From Candidatus Caenarcanales bacterium (GTDB lineage: Bacteria; Cyanobacteriota; Vampirovibrionia; Caenarcaniphilales; Caenarcanaceae), in assembly GCA_041737745.1 (NCBI GenBank), contig JBGSRC010000007.1, positions 8,040-72,039 of the forward strand: a stretch of 64,000 nucleotides of DNA. The letters run 5' to 3'. The position numbers and the translations under genes were made by a program. The notes below the pieces were generated by a model that searched no databases, was not told the origin of the DNA, and was given only the letters and a program-made list of their open reading frames with translations. Positions 38,769-47,897 of this stretch are shown here, one piece after another. Numbering within the stretch: the first letter of the stretch is position 1; each line of letters opens with the position of its first letter.

Positions 38769-39521
38769 ATGACTATGCAAAGAGAAAGCAAAATTGATTG
38801 TCCCGTAGACGTCTGGATGAGCGGCAAAATCTGCCTGCAAGACAATAGACGCGGTTTTGCAGTAGTGAAACTAGTAGACCTGCAAGGACAATATGGAATC
38901 TATCTGACCATGGATCCAGCCTTTATCTGCAGCAAAGACGAAGACTTGGCACGCCTGACCAAGCTCTCCAATATGGCCCACAAAAACCTCAACAATCTTC
39001 CCAAAGGAACAGCTATTCTGCTTTGCCCGCCGAGAGCCTATGGCAGCAAGTTTTGGATAGCCCGTGTCGAAAAAGTGAGCTCCGGTGACCCCAGCTCAAA
39101 CACAGTAGTCTATGAACTCAGTGAGCTGAAAAGACTGAAGAACTTTCTGGAATCACGCAATGCCCAAAGGACGGTCTTTCGGACAGCCGTCTTCCTCGTT
39201 GACGAAAAGACCTATGGCCTGACCGAGTTCAACTCAAACGACATTAGCGCCAGTGGGATCAGCCTAGTGATTGAGCCAGATCGGAAGAATCCTTTTGTGA
39301 TCGGGGAGAGCTATCTACTTCAGACCCAAATCCATGAAGGATTGACTTTGCCAGCTCTCAATTATCGTTGTGTTCATTCACGCGAAGACATCTTGAGCGG
39401 AAGCAAAGTGATGGGTTTCTCGCTTCAAGACAAGAAAGCCGACGATCCAGAAGTCTCTTACAATCTGACATTGCTCACTTGGCAAGATATCCCAGCCGGT
39501 TCAGATGCTAGCGAAGATTGA
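38769..39521 (+). CDS. PilZ-domain protein
   Basis: QRTVFR (RxxxR) and NDISASG (D/NxSxxG). Confidence 0.7.
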   Translation: MTMQRESKIDCPVDVWMSGKICLQDNRRGFAVVKLVDLQGQYGIYLTMDPAFICSKDEDLARLTKLSNMAHKNLNNLPKGTAILLCPPRAYGSKFWIARVEKVSSGDPSSNTVVYELSELKRLKNFLESRNAQRTVFRTAVFLVDEKTYGLTEFNSNDISASGISLVIEPDRKNPFVIGESYLLQTQIHEGLTLPALNYRCVHSREDILSGSKVMGFSLQDKKADDPEVSYNLTLLTWQDIPAGSDASED

Positions 39522-39907
39522 GCTTTCGCCAAAAAATGAGCATTGACTAGATGAGCGGAAGCGAGCAAAGCCCCTCCGCAGACTGTGAAGTAAAGCTCAT
39601 AGGGGATGAAAGAAAAGAAATGCCCTAAGCAGCCTAAAGCAAAGAGCGTGTAGCCGAGCACGAAAAGTCCACCTGGCCAAGGCTTACCGTGAATGGCGTG
39701 AGCTGGTAATAGGCTGAAAAAAGCGATGGTGGGGGTGATCACCAGTGAAACCAAATTCAACTCATGCCAAAAGCCGATAAACACTCCCCCGATCGGCAAT
39801 AGAGCCAAAAAGGGTGTGATCAGGCAATGCACTCCACAGAGGGAAGAATTGAAGATACCTAGATTGTCTAGGACTGAAACAAAGCTGTTTTTATTGTTGT
39901 CTTTCAT
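39458..39907 (-). CDS. MerC-domain membrane protein
   Basis: LDNLGI..SSLCGVHC; four TM segments; C-terminal AHLVN. Confidence 0.85.
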   Translation of the reverse strand: MKDNNKNSFVSVLDNLGIFNSSLCGVHCLITPFLALLPIGGVFIGFWHELNLVSLVITPTIAFFSLLPAHAIHGKPWPGGLFVLGYTLFALGCLGHFFSFIPYELYFTVCGGALLASAHLVNAHFLAKAQSSLASEPAGISCQVSNVRL

Positions 39908-40188
39908 CTTTGCTTGTCGATTATAGCGGTCTGAGGTTAAGGAACTGCTGAATAAGTCTTGTTGAGATCACTGTAGTTTGTGAGAACCATATATAGCGAG
40001 GGTTTGTGTAGCCATGAGGCCGCTAGGCTGATAGCAGAATCCAATTTTTTGAACACTTACTTGCTCAATGCTAAAATAATCGTTAAAAGTTCATTGAAGC
40101 AAAAAGTCTTTACAGTTTTTACATCCTCTTTGAATACCGAGATCAGCCGCAAAAAGTCTCTCTCCAAACCCACCGGTAGGTTCCTCTG

Positions 40189-41580
40189 ATGGACTACGGT
40201 GAGCTTGCCCTAAAATTTGCCTTCATAGTCCTCGCCATCTCAGCCAATGCCATTTTCGTTGCCGCTGAGTTTTCCTTAGTCAGGCTGAGACCGTCAAGAG
40301 TAGAAGAACTAGCTCGTGAGGGAAAGTATTTCTTCCTGAAAATCTCCAAAGCCTTAGTGAATGTCAACGACTATATATCAGCAGCCCAGATTGGGATCAC
40401 TATATCGAGCCTAGTCTTAGGCGCCATCGCAGAGCCAGTCTTTCACGAAGTGTTGGCGCCTCTTTTCACTTACTTTGTGTTGCCAGATGCGCTCAGCCAC
40501 TCGATTTCCTTTGCGATCTCTATTGTGATCGTCACTTGCTTTCACATGATGTTCGGGGAATTGTTACCGAAAAACATTGCGATGCAGTATCCGGAGCAGG
40601 TAGCCGTTCTCACCATCATCCCCTTGGATTTGCTCTTCACCTTCACCAAGCCTATTGTTTGGGCATTGACGCGGATCGGGAATTCGATCATGAAGATGAT
40701 CGGTCTGCCGGTTTTGAGCAAGTCAAATGTGCTCATTTATAGCGAAGAAGAGCTCAAGTTTTTGCTCAGCCAGAGCGCCCAAGAAGGAATAATAGAGACG
40801 GCCGAGAAAGACATGGTCCAAAATGTTTTCGAATTCGGCGATACAGTGGTCCGTGAAGTGATGACCCCGCGCACAGACTTGATTGGGATCGATATAGGGG
40901 CGACTATCGATCAGGCGACAGAGTTGGCGATCAGAAAGAAAGTCTCGAAGCTGCCTGTCTATGAGGGGAATCTCGACAACATTGTCGGTATAGTGCTCAG
41001 CGTCGATTTGCTAAAAGGTCTGCAAGAGAGCAAAGGCCAAGACAGCCTGAGTTCAGTGGTGCGCTCCGTGATCAAAGTCCCTGAAAATAAAACCTTGATC
41101 GATCTTTTGGCCGACTTCAAGAAAAAAACCCAACAAATAGCGATAGTGCTCGATGAGTTCGGTGGCACTTACGGTCTAGTGACGCTCGAAGACATCATCG
41201 AAGTGATCGTTGGCGATATCAGAAACGAGGGCGAATCTACCAGTCCCGATATCGAAAAGCTCTCTGCGCATGAGTTTGTGATCGAAGCTACTGTCACCAT
41301 CAATGACGTCAATGAAGCCTTAGAAGCCCGTTTCCCCAAAGAAGACTTCGATACTATCGGCGGCTTTGTCTTTGGTCTATTGGGGCGTGAGGCTCTAGTT
41401 GGTGATGAGGTGGTCTATGGGCATTGGCTTTTTGTGGTGCTTGAGTGCACGAGAAGAATAGAGAAGGTGAAGTTGATTCGTCTTTTGGAGACAACAGTCT
41501 CTGGTGAAGAGTATCAAGAGATCAATGGCAATGCTCCTCAGCTGAGCGTCTCTGAAAGCATTGAGCGTTCCAGTAAGTGA
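40189..41580 (+). CDS. Hemolysin/CNNM family protein (DUF21-CBS-CorC)
   Basis: FVAAEFS, QIGIT, GELLPK, EVMTPR, DEFGG, TIGG. Confidence 0.92.
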   Translation: MDYGELALKFAFIVLAISANAIFVAAEFSLVRLRPSRVEELAREGKYFFLKISKALVNVNDYISAAQIGITISSLVLGAIAEPVFHEVLAPLFTYFVLPDALSHSISFAISIVIVTCFHMMFGELLPKNIAMQYPEQVAVLTIIPLDLLFTFTKPIVWALTRIGNSIMKMIGLPVLSKSNVLIYSEEELKFLLSQSAQEGIIETAEKDMVQNVFEFGDTVVREVMTPRTDLIGIDIGATIDQATELAIRKKVSKLPVYEGNLDNIVGIVLSVDLLKGLQESKGQDSLSSVVRSVIKVPENKTLIDLLADFKKKTQQIAIVLDEFGGTYGLVTLEDIIEVIVGDIRNEGESTSPDIEKLSAHEFVIEATVTINDVNEALEARFPKEDFDTIGGFVFGLLGREALVGDEVVYGHWLFVVLECTRRIEKVKLIRLLETTVSGEEYQEINGNAPQLSVSESIERSSK

Positions 41581-41620
41581 GGATGGGCTTTGTGTTATAT
41601 ACTTTTTATTCAATTATTAA

Positions 41621-41694
41621 GCGTTCGTAGCTCAGTTGGATAGAGCGTTGGTCTCCGAAGCCAAAGGTCGTGCGTTCGAGCCGCGCCGGGCGCA
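41621..41694 (+). tRNA. tRNA-Arg(CCG)
   Basis: GCGTTCGTAGCTCAGTTGGATAGAGCGTTGGTCT-CCG-AAGCCAAAGGTCGTGCGTTCGAGCCGCGCCGGGCGCA. Confidence 0.95.
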
Positions 41695-41725
41695 ATAGAT
41701 TGTACTTGTCAGATGTTGATTGAAA

Positions 41726-42127
41726 ATGCGCTACTTAGGCTTAGACATAGGCAGCAAAAAGACTGGCTTTGCCTGCTCGGATCAGGGCGGTGAGATAGCG
41801 GTCGGCAAGGGAAAATTCTTTACAGCCGATCTCCCAGCTCAACTGGTGAAGATTTTGGCTGAGCACGGCCCCTTCGGGGCTATTGTGATCGGTTTGCCAA
41901 AATCCAAGAGCGGAGACGCCGAGAAAGCGATGGCCCTTCAGGCAGAACGTGTCTCTGAGCTAGCGGCTTTGCCGGTTTATTTCCAAGATGAGCGCTTGAG
42001 TAGCTGGGAGGCTAGAGAAAGACTGAGGGCTTTCGGTTATAAGCGGGAGAAGGTCGCTGAGCTGGAAGATCAAGAGGCCGCCAAGATCATTTTGCAGGAG
42101 TATCTGAAGAACAAGCTAGACCCTTGA
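41726..42127 (+). CDS. ruvX: YqgF/RuvX family nuclease
   Basis: LGLDIGSKKTG, VIGLP, QDERLSS, AAKIILQEYL. Confidence 0.9.
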   Translation: MRYLGLDIGSKKTGFACSDQGGEIAVGKGKFFTADLPAQLVKILAEHGPFGAIVIGLPKSKSGDAEKAMALQAERVSELAALPVYFQDERLSSWEARERLRAFGYKREKVAELEDQEAAKIILQEYLKNKLDP

Positions 42128-42154
42128 ATAACACTTCAAGCGGATTGAGTGAAA

Positions 42155-43405
42155 TCAACCTTGCTTGAGCTTAAAGTTATCGAGAAAAGCCTGATATGCA
42201 GCACTCTCTTCAGCTGTCAGTTCAAGCCCATTGGGTGCGGGAAAACGTTCAATCAAATAAGCCCCCAAACTAACTAATGCCTGCTCGTCAAAACTAGCCA
42301 ACCACCAAGAAGATTTATAAAAAGAAGTAGCCTTATCTAGGCCAAAACGCGGATCGGGAGCAGAGTTGTAAAGGCCAAAGGTGCCTTTTTCTTGCAAGCG
42401 CTCCAGATCGGCAGCCCCGATCCCCTCCAAAATGTCTCGGTATAAGCCACAAAACTTGGCCTCAGCCAAATAAGCCGACTGAAAGACAGTCCCCAAAAGA
42501 ATGGCCCCCGTCAAATCAGCCCGCCACAGATCGGCCGAATCCAGATCAGCGTCAGTGAGTAAAGCGCGCACAAGACTGGTCTCGCGCAGTGTAGCTCCCT
42601 GTAGATGAGCGTCGCGCAAAATAACTCTATTTAAATTGCTCTCAGAAAGAGTGGTCGCATAGAGGTTGCAGCCATGTAGGTCGGCCCCAGAAAGGTCAGC
42701 TTGCCTGATGATCGCTCCTTCTAGCTTAGCTTCTCCCAGATAAGCCCCACAGAGCGTTGCCCCGATCAAATAAGCCCGCGAAAGATCGGCTGCTTTGAGA
42801 TAGACCCCATTTAGATTGGCTTCGTTCAGATAAGCGCCATTTAGTCTGGCCTCGTCTAGGCGTGCTCCTTGTAGGTCGGCTTGACTGATTTTGGCGTTTT
42901 CCAGACGAGCCTCAGAGAGTATGGCATTTCGGAAAACCACTCCTCGCCCCACCATCCGGCTCAGATCCGCCCCAAAGAAAATCTCATCAGAACAGAGGGC
43001 CCCCGATAGATCGAGCTCTTCGAGGTTGAAGGGATTATTTGCCATGCCACTATGGACCAAAGATGAAAGCAAATAGCCCTTGCTGAAACCGTCTAGGCGG
43101 CGACAAATCCCTTTTAACCGGCCACGCAGCACCTGAAATTTTCCGGGATTTATTTGGATTTCCGAGTATTCGTCGTTCTCTTCGCCGTCTTCTATGGCGT
43201 CTTGCAGATTGTCCAGAAAAGAACTGATTTCACTACGGACCAGTGGATGATTGCTGTCGTCGGTATTCTCTTGGTTCTTTGCGAGCTTGGAGAGCAAAAC
43301 GTTGATCCGAAAGGCGACAAAGCAAAGAGTCAAAAGCAAGAAAGTCACTAGCACTAGCAAAACTAGAGCAATCGATGGCCAGAAAATTTGGGCGATGAGA
43401 TTCAT
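42155..43405 (-). CDS. Membrane-anchored pentapeptide repeat protein
   Basis: N-terminal TM helix; long A(D/N/Y)LxG repeats. Confidence 0.9.
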   Translation of the reverse strand: MNLIAQIFWPSIALVLLVLVTFLLLTLCFVAFRINVLLSKLAKNQENTDDSNHPLVRSEISSFLDNLQDAIEDGEENDEYSEIQINPGKFQVLRGRLKGICRRLDGFSKGYLLSSLVHSGMANNPFNLEELDLSGALCSDEIFFGADLSRMVGRGVVFRNAILSEARLENAKISQADLQGARLDEARLNGAYLNEANLNGVYLKAADLSRAYLIGATLCGAYLGEAKLEGAIIRQADLSGADLHGCNLYATTLSESNLNRVILRDAHLQGATLRETSLVRALLTDADLDSADLWRADLTGAILLGTVFQSAYLAEAKFCGLYRDILEGIGAADLERLQEKGTFGLYNSAPDPRFGLDKATSFYKSSWWLASFDEQALVSLGAYLIERFPAPNGLELTAEESAAYQAFLDNFKLKQG

Positions 43406-43418
43406 AAGATATTAAAAT

Positions 43419-45224
43419 TCACTCCGCATCAATCCGAAAGACACCAGGCAAAACTTCTGTCTCCCGTGATTCGATGATGAGCGTCGGCAACTCTATCGGT
43501 GTTTCCGGTTCGGGCTCAGGCTCTGGTTCAGGTGTTGGAGGAGCAGGGAGGGGTTTAGGGGGGGTGAGTTTGGCGCGAGGCTGTTTTTTCTCCAAAGGCA
43601 AAAGCTCTTGCGCGATCGGGATTTGCTCTTGAGCTTCAAGCAAGATCTCTTCGTTCATCGCCTCAGACTCTGAGCTTTTGTTTTCTAGGACGGCTAGTCC
43701 ATTGGTGCTGCTAGTGCTTCCCCGTGGTCCTAGCGGCCTGCTGAAGCGTGGCGCCGTGCCGCTGACTAGGGCGTGTTCGAGGTCTTGATTGCTCAGAAAG
43801 CTAGGGGCTTTGTTCTCTTCGTCTGATGTGAGCAGGTCTTCTTCAGGCAAGACGCTCAGGTTCATCCCTTCTTGCGCCGCTTCGCCATGCAGTCTGGTTT
43901 GGGGGTTGGACTGCAATCTAGCCGGTGCTTGCAACTGGGTTCTAGCTGGGTGCACTAGCGTTAAGGTCTCTTTGACAGTCTCAGAGTGTTTGTGGGCGCC
44001 GGTGCCATTGTCTTGGAAGAGATTCATGATCCGTCCGGTACCTGAGCATTTGTCGCAGTTGACGGTGAAAGACTCGGCTAAGCTTTTTTCTTGTCTGTGT
44101 CTGGTCAGCTCGACTAAGCCTAGATCGGATAGACGCCCTATTTGTGGGTGAGCAGGGTCTGTGTCCAGTGCTTTTTCGAAGTTATCTAGAAGCGTTAGTC
44201 TATCGAGTTTATTGTCCATGTCGATAAAATCGACGACGATCACTCCACCGATATTTCTGAGCCGCAATTGTCTGGCAATTTCCGTGGAAGCTTCTAGATT
44301 TGTGCGTAAGACAGTCTCAGCTGGCGAACTGGAGCTGGTAAATTTGCCTGAGTTGACATCGATCACGGCCATTGCTTCGGTCGGCTGGATCAAGAGATAG
44401 CCGCCACTGGGAAGATTTACTCGGCTCGACAGGGCGCCTTCCAGTTCAGTCAACACTCCATATTTTTTGAGTAGCTCAGTCGGTTCTTGGCAGTCTACTT
44501 GGGGGGTATTGTTCGGTGACCACACTTTCAAATAGCCTGAAGCTCTCTCGGCCGCTTGCGGGCTATCGACGGCCACAGTGGCCACGCCATCGTGGAAGAT
44601 ATCGCGCAGGACTCTATACAAGAGATCTTTTGAGTCACGCAACAATAGTCCCGGCTTACGGGCATTTTCAAACTGATCGATAGTATTGCGCCACCGGTCT
44701 AGGAGCAAATCGCGAAAGTCCTCTTCCAGTTCTTCATCGCTAGCGCCTGCTGCTTCCGTTCTGATCACTAGACCAAAGCCATTGGGCGGTTTTAAGAGCG
44801 TTGCAATCGACTTTAGGCGAGCGCGTTCGTCTTGGCTGGCGATCCGACGGCTCATCACAATGTTGCTGTGTTCGGTGGTCAGCACAAAGAAACGACCAAT
44901 GAGCGTAATGCCTGTACTGACTCGGGGGCCTTTGTTGCCTGTAGGTTCTTTGACTACTTGGACCAGAATCTTTTGTTTGGGGAAAACGCGGGTGGTTAGC
45001 GGGCCGGAACCGGGCAGGTCAGCGGCATGCAAAAACCCCATCTTGTCCCCTAGACCGAGGTTCACAAACACGGCGTCTATGCTGGGCAAGATATTTTCGA
45101 CGCGGGCTATATAGACGTCTCCGATACAAAAACCTTCCGGTTCTACGAAGAACTCCACTACTCGTTGTCTGTCCATCAGGGCTGCTAGACGAGCTTTTTC
45201 ACAAATAACTAAAGTTTTGGCCAT
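43419..45224 (-). CDS. rne: Rne/Rng family ribonuclease
   Basis: S1 domain (VQVVKEP.GNKG), VIDVNSG, RQLRLRNIGG, DFIDM, CxxC; disordered Pro/Glu tail. Confidence 0.92.
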   Translation of the reverse strand: MAKTLVICEKARLAALMDRQRVVEFFVEPEGFCIGDVYIARVENILPSIDAVFVNLGLGDKMGFLHAADLPGSGPLTTRVFPKQKILVQVVKEPTGNKGPRVSTGITLIGRFFVLTTEHSNIVMSRRIASQDERARLKSIATLLKPPNGFGLVIRTEAAGASDEELEEDFRDLLLDRWRNTIDQFENARKPGLLLRDSKDLLYRVLRDIFHDGVATVAVDSPQAAERASGYLKVWSPNNTPQVDCQEPTELLKKYGVLTELEGALSSRVNLPSGGYLLIQPTEAMAVIDVNSGKFTSSSSPAETVLRTNLEASTEIARQLRLRNIGGVIVVDFIDMDNKLDRLTLLDNFEKALDTDPAHPQIGRLSDLGLVELTRHRQEKSLAESFTVNCDKCSGTGRIMNLFQDNGTGAHKHSETVKETLTLVHPARTQLQAPARLQSNPQTRLHGEAAQEGMNLSVLPEEDLLTSDEENKAPSFLSNQDLEHALVSGTAPRFSRPLGPRGSTSSTNGLAVLENKSSESEAMNEEILLEAQEQIPIAQELLPLEKKQPRAKLTPPKPLPAPPTPEPEPEPEPETPIELPTLIIESRETEVLPGVFRIDAE

Positions 45225-45396
45225 CTAAAAACTAACCTACAAAAAAAGTAAAAACAGGAGAGACCTCAACGAATCGCAAGTTCTAAGACTAAAAAACTTT
45301 TCACTCTAACCGAGCGATCTCATAGAAGTTATTATATCTAGAACTGTAGTTTTTTCAAGCTCCAGCCCTGACAAACCGAAGAAAACAAAAGCGCTC

Positions 45397-45984
45397 TTGA
45401 CTTTTTCAAATATTATCGTTGGCCTTGGAAACCCAGGAGGGGAGTATAGGGAAACCAGACACAATGCTGGCTGGATAGTTCTTGACGCACTGACTAACTC
45501 TATGGGCGGCTTCACTGAGCCAAAAAAAGAAAAGACGCTCAAGGCCAAAGTCAGGCACAGCAGCGATCCTAAGACTTTGCTCGTTTATCCACAGACCTAT
45601 ATGAATGAATCCGGTCGCTCTGTGCAGGCTGTTGTTCATTGGTACAAGCTGACTGATCTGAGTTGTTTGCTTTTGGTCTATGACGAGATTGCTTTGCCAC
45701 TTGGTCAGTTGCGTTGGGCTAAGAGCGGTGGGGCTGGGGGGCATCACGGACTTGAATCCATACAGCGGGAGTTGGGGGCTAGAGACATTGTTCGTTTGCG
45801 TTTTGGCATTGGGCCGGATCCGGGGGGGGCAAGGAGGGCTGATTATGTGCTCAGTACTTTTGGGGTGGATGAGCGGGATTTATTGGAGAGTACATTGAAG
45901 CGGGCTGTTTTGTCTTTGAGGGAATACCTTGGGGGTGTCGATCTCTCTGCACTGATGACCAAATACAACAAGGCTGAGCTTTGA
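45397..45984 (+). CDS. pth: Peptidyl-tRNA hydrolase
   Basis: IVGLGNPG, TRHNAG, PQTYMNESG, GGHHGL. Confidence 0.95.
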   Translation: MTFSNIIVGLGNPGGEYRETRHNAGWIVLDALTNSMGGFTEPKKEKTLKAKVRHSSDPKTLLVYPQTYMNESGRSVQAVVHWYKLTDLSCLLLVYDEIALPLGQLRWAKSGGAGGHHGLESIQRELGARDIVRLRFGIGPDPGGARRADYVLSTFGVDERDLLESTLKRAVLSLREYLGGVDLSALMTKYNKAEL

Positions 45985-46104
45985 CCCTCAATAGAGCGAA
46001 AAAATTACTTTTGTATGCCCTGCTTTTCTAAGCCAAGCGTGATTTCAACAGAAATAACTCCCCCCTAGATTGAGTTTGTTGTTAGTAGTTTAGAAAAATT
46101 AATT

Positions 46105-46911
46105 TCACAAAACCACCCGCAACAAAGGCTCCAAAGACTTGAGCGACTTGAACCCCAGAAAAAACCGAATCTCCTCGGCACTTGCTCCCTCCCTCAACAT
46201 AGCCAAAGCCAAACAATCCCGAAAACTAGAAGCGGTGAGCGCAAGCCCCAGTTTCTTTGAATAGCTCTTCAAAAGCTGATAGACAGTGAAAGCCTTCATG
46301 GGCTGCTCGCTTTGCTCTTCTAGAAAAATAGCTGAACTAGCCAAAGGCAAAGGATGTACCGCCAAATATTCCGCCAAAGTAGCAGCAGCCCGCTGACACA
46401 AGAAAGCCACCCGCCCAGAAGGCAGAGCAAATTCGCGCGAGGCGAGATCGAGATTTCTCAAAATACCTTCCTGCTCTAGCTCAGAAACACGCAGACCAGT
46501 GCTCAGTAAAAACCAAAAAAGAGCACGGTGTTTTGTATTTTGTATCCTCTCGCAAAAATCGATTAAATCGTTTAGCCGGATTTTTTCTTCAAGCTGACGA
46601 TCTCGATTAAAAGAAACGGACTTCAACTCAAAAATAATTGCGCGCCGAAAAAGCCCTTGCACTAGCCCATATCGAGCAAACTCACGCCAACTACTCCAAA
46701 TCCGAGCGGCCGTCCGAGGCTGATAACGCTCTCTGAGAGCATGAGCGGCATTTAATAATTTTTCTTTATCGTTGAACTGACTGAGGCCAGTAAAATGCGC
46801 TTGCCAGAGTTTTAAGTCTTGGCTTTTGGCTTTGTATGAGCTAGGGCTGCTTTGGCTGGAAACCCAAGCTAAAAATTCGCCGATCAGACTAGCTTCTTGA
46901 TGAACGCTCAA
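46105..46911 (-). CDS. XerC/D-like tyrosine recombinase homologue, apparently catalytically inactive
   Basis: TGLRVSEL retained; HxxRH box reads SSFRD; LGH..Y box reads LGFKSLKSLEPL. Confidence 0.7.
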   Translation of the reverse strand: MSVHQEASLIGEFLAWVSSQSSPSSYKAKSQDLKLWQAHFTGLSQFNDKEKLLNAAHALRERYQPRTAARIWSSWREFARYGLVQGLFRRAIIFELKSVSFNRDRQLEEKIRLNDLIDFCERIQNTKHRALFWFLLSTGLRVSELEQEGILRNLDLASREFALPSGRVAFLCQRAAATLAEYLAVHPLPLASSAIFLEEQSEQPMKAFTVYQLLKSYSKKLGLALTASSFRDCLALAMLREGASAEEIRFFLGFKSLKSLEPLLRVVL

Positions 46912-46926
46912 TATTGCTTGATCCTA

Positions 46927-47475
46927 TCAACTGATCGAATCGCTTAGGCGTTGGGGATCGATAGTCATCACGGCGGCGCTCATTTTGAAGCCACATTTGT
47001 AGAGAAATTCGACCATCAGATGATCGCTGGCTGGGCATTCTATGCTGAGACCGATCGGTTCTTCTTGGGGGATCACAAAGCGTTCGCGCACAATAGCAAG
47101 GCTGCGGCTCAGTACTTCTTGGAAGAGTTTTGCTGAGCGTTCTTTGGGTCTCAGATAGACGTCTTGGATCGCTAGGCGATAGCGAGCGGCATAATAGCTC
47201 GGTAAAATCTCTAGACGGGCTATCAGATAGCCGCTGAGTCCATTGTCTTGGAAGTCTGACAGTAGTACGAGGTTGCGGTCATCTTTCAGTGATTCGAGGA
47301 GATGTTCGGCCCATATTTGTGATGAGCGAGCTTTCCAGTCCCAGCGAAGGGGGTCGGCGAAGTTTTTGAGGGCGGCGGAGTTTGCCCAGAGCTCTATTAG
47401 TCCGGAGATGTCTTGCGCTTGACATTCTCGGATCATTTCGCACAATTCCAAATTCTTTTCCGTAACCGGTGACAT
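46927..47475 (-). CDS. GNAT-fold-like hypothetical protein
   Basis: IRECQAQD, GYLIA, IQDVYLRPKER, EFLYKCGF; acetyl-CoA GxG motif not evident. Confidence 0.6.
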   Translation of the reverse strand: MSPVTEKNLELCEMIRECQAQDISGLIELWANSAALKNFADPLRWDWKARSSQIWAEHLLESLKDDRNLVLLSDFQDNGLSGYLIARLEILPSYYAARYRLAIQDVYLRPKERSAKLFQEVLSRSLAIVRERFVIPQEEPIGLSIECPASDHLMVEFLYKCGFKMSAAVMTIDPQRLSDSIS

Positions 47476-47502
47476 AGGGTTTTATATTTCGCTTATATTT
47501 TG

Positions 47503-47557
47503 ATCATAGACAAGGCAAGATAACTTTGAGTTAAGGGTAGGTTTAAGGTCAGTTAAT
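47503..47557 (-). promoter_or_regulatory. Pho-box/OmpR-type tandem direct repeats plus -10 element
   Basis: Minus strand ATTAACTG-acc-TTAAACCT-acc-CTTAACTC-aaa-GTTATCTT (11-bp period), then 8 nt, then TATGAT. Confidence 0.5.
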
Positions 47558-47590
47558 GAGTTCTTTCACTGTAGGTTCTGAGTGTATTTT

Positions 47591-47727
47591 CCATGGGGGC
47601 TGAATCTCGGGCTAGTCGCCCACATGCGCTACGCGGACGCCCCAAACTCCATTGGGTTAGCTTTTCAGTGCTTCCTTAAGGGTGAATAGCCGAAGCGCCG
47701 TAAGCCCTAAAGCAAGCTAAAACAACC
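47591..47727. repeat. Structured REP-like intergenic region upstream of tRNA-Asp
   Basis: GGGGC..GCCCCAAAC envelope with inner hairpins; TTAGCTT..AAGCTAA stem. Confidence 0.4.
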
Positions 47728-47799
47728 CTTTGCAATTGCCAGCCTGAAAGTGTTAGCATTATGAGCCTCTGAGAAGCCAACTTTCGTCGGCCTCGCCTT

Positions 47800-47873
47800 G
47801 GAGCTGTAGCTCAATTGGTTAGAGCGTCGCCCTGTCACGGCGAAGGTTGCGGGTTCGAGTCCCGTCAGCTCCG
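47800..47873 (+). tRNA. tRNA-Asp(GTC)
   Basis: GGAGCTGTAGCTCAATTGGTTAGAGCGTCGCCCT-GTC-ACGGCGAAGGTTGCGGGTTCGAGTCCCGTCAGCTCCG. Confidence 0.96.
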
Positions 47874-47897
47874 AATTTTTTCTGTCCGCTCAAAATC

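Noticed and set aside
39962-39997. Fur/Zur-like box upstream of the MerC-domain gene
   Set aside because: Only half-site similarity (TGAGAACCAT); no convincing palindrome.
43497-43570. Short tandem repeat in the rne tail
   Set aside because: Encodes an ordinary Pro/Glu (PEPEPE) disordered linker.
47595-47760. tmRNA or SRP RNA (begins GGGGGCTGA)
   Set aside because: No GATTCGAC 5' motif, T-arm or tag frame, and no SRP helix-8 motif recognised.
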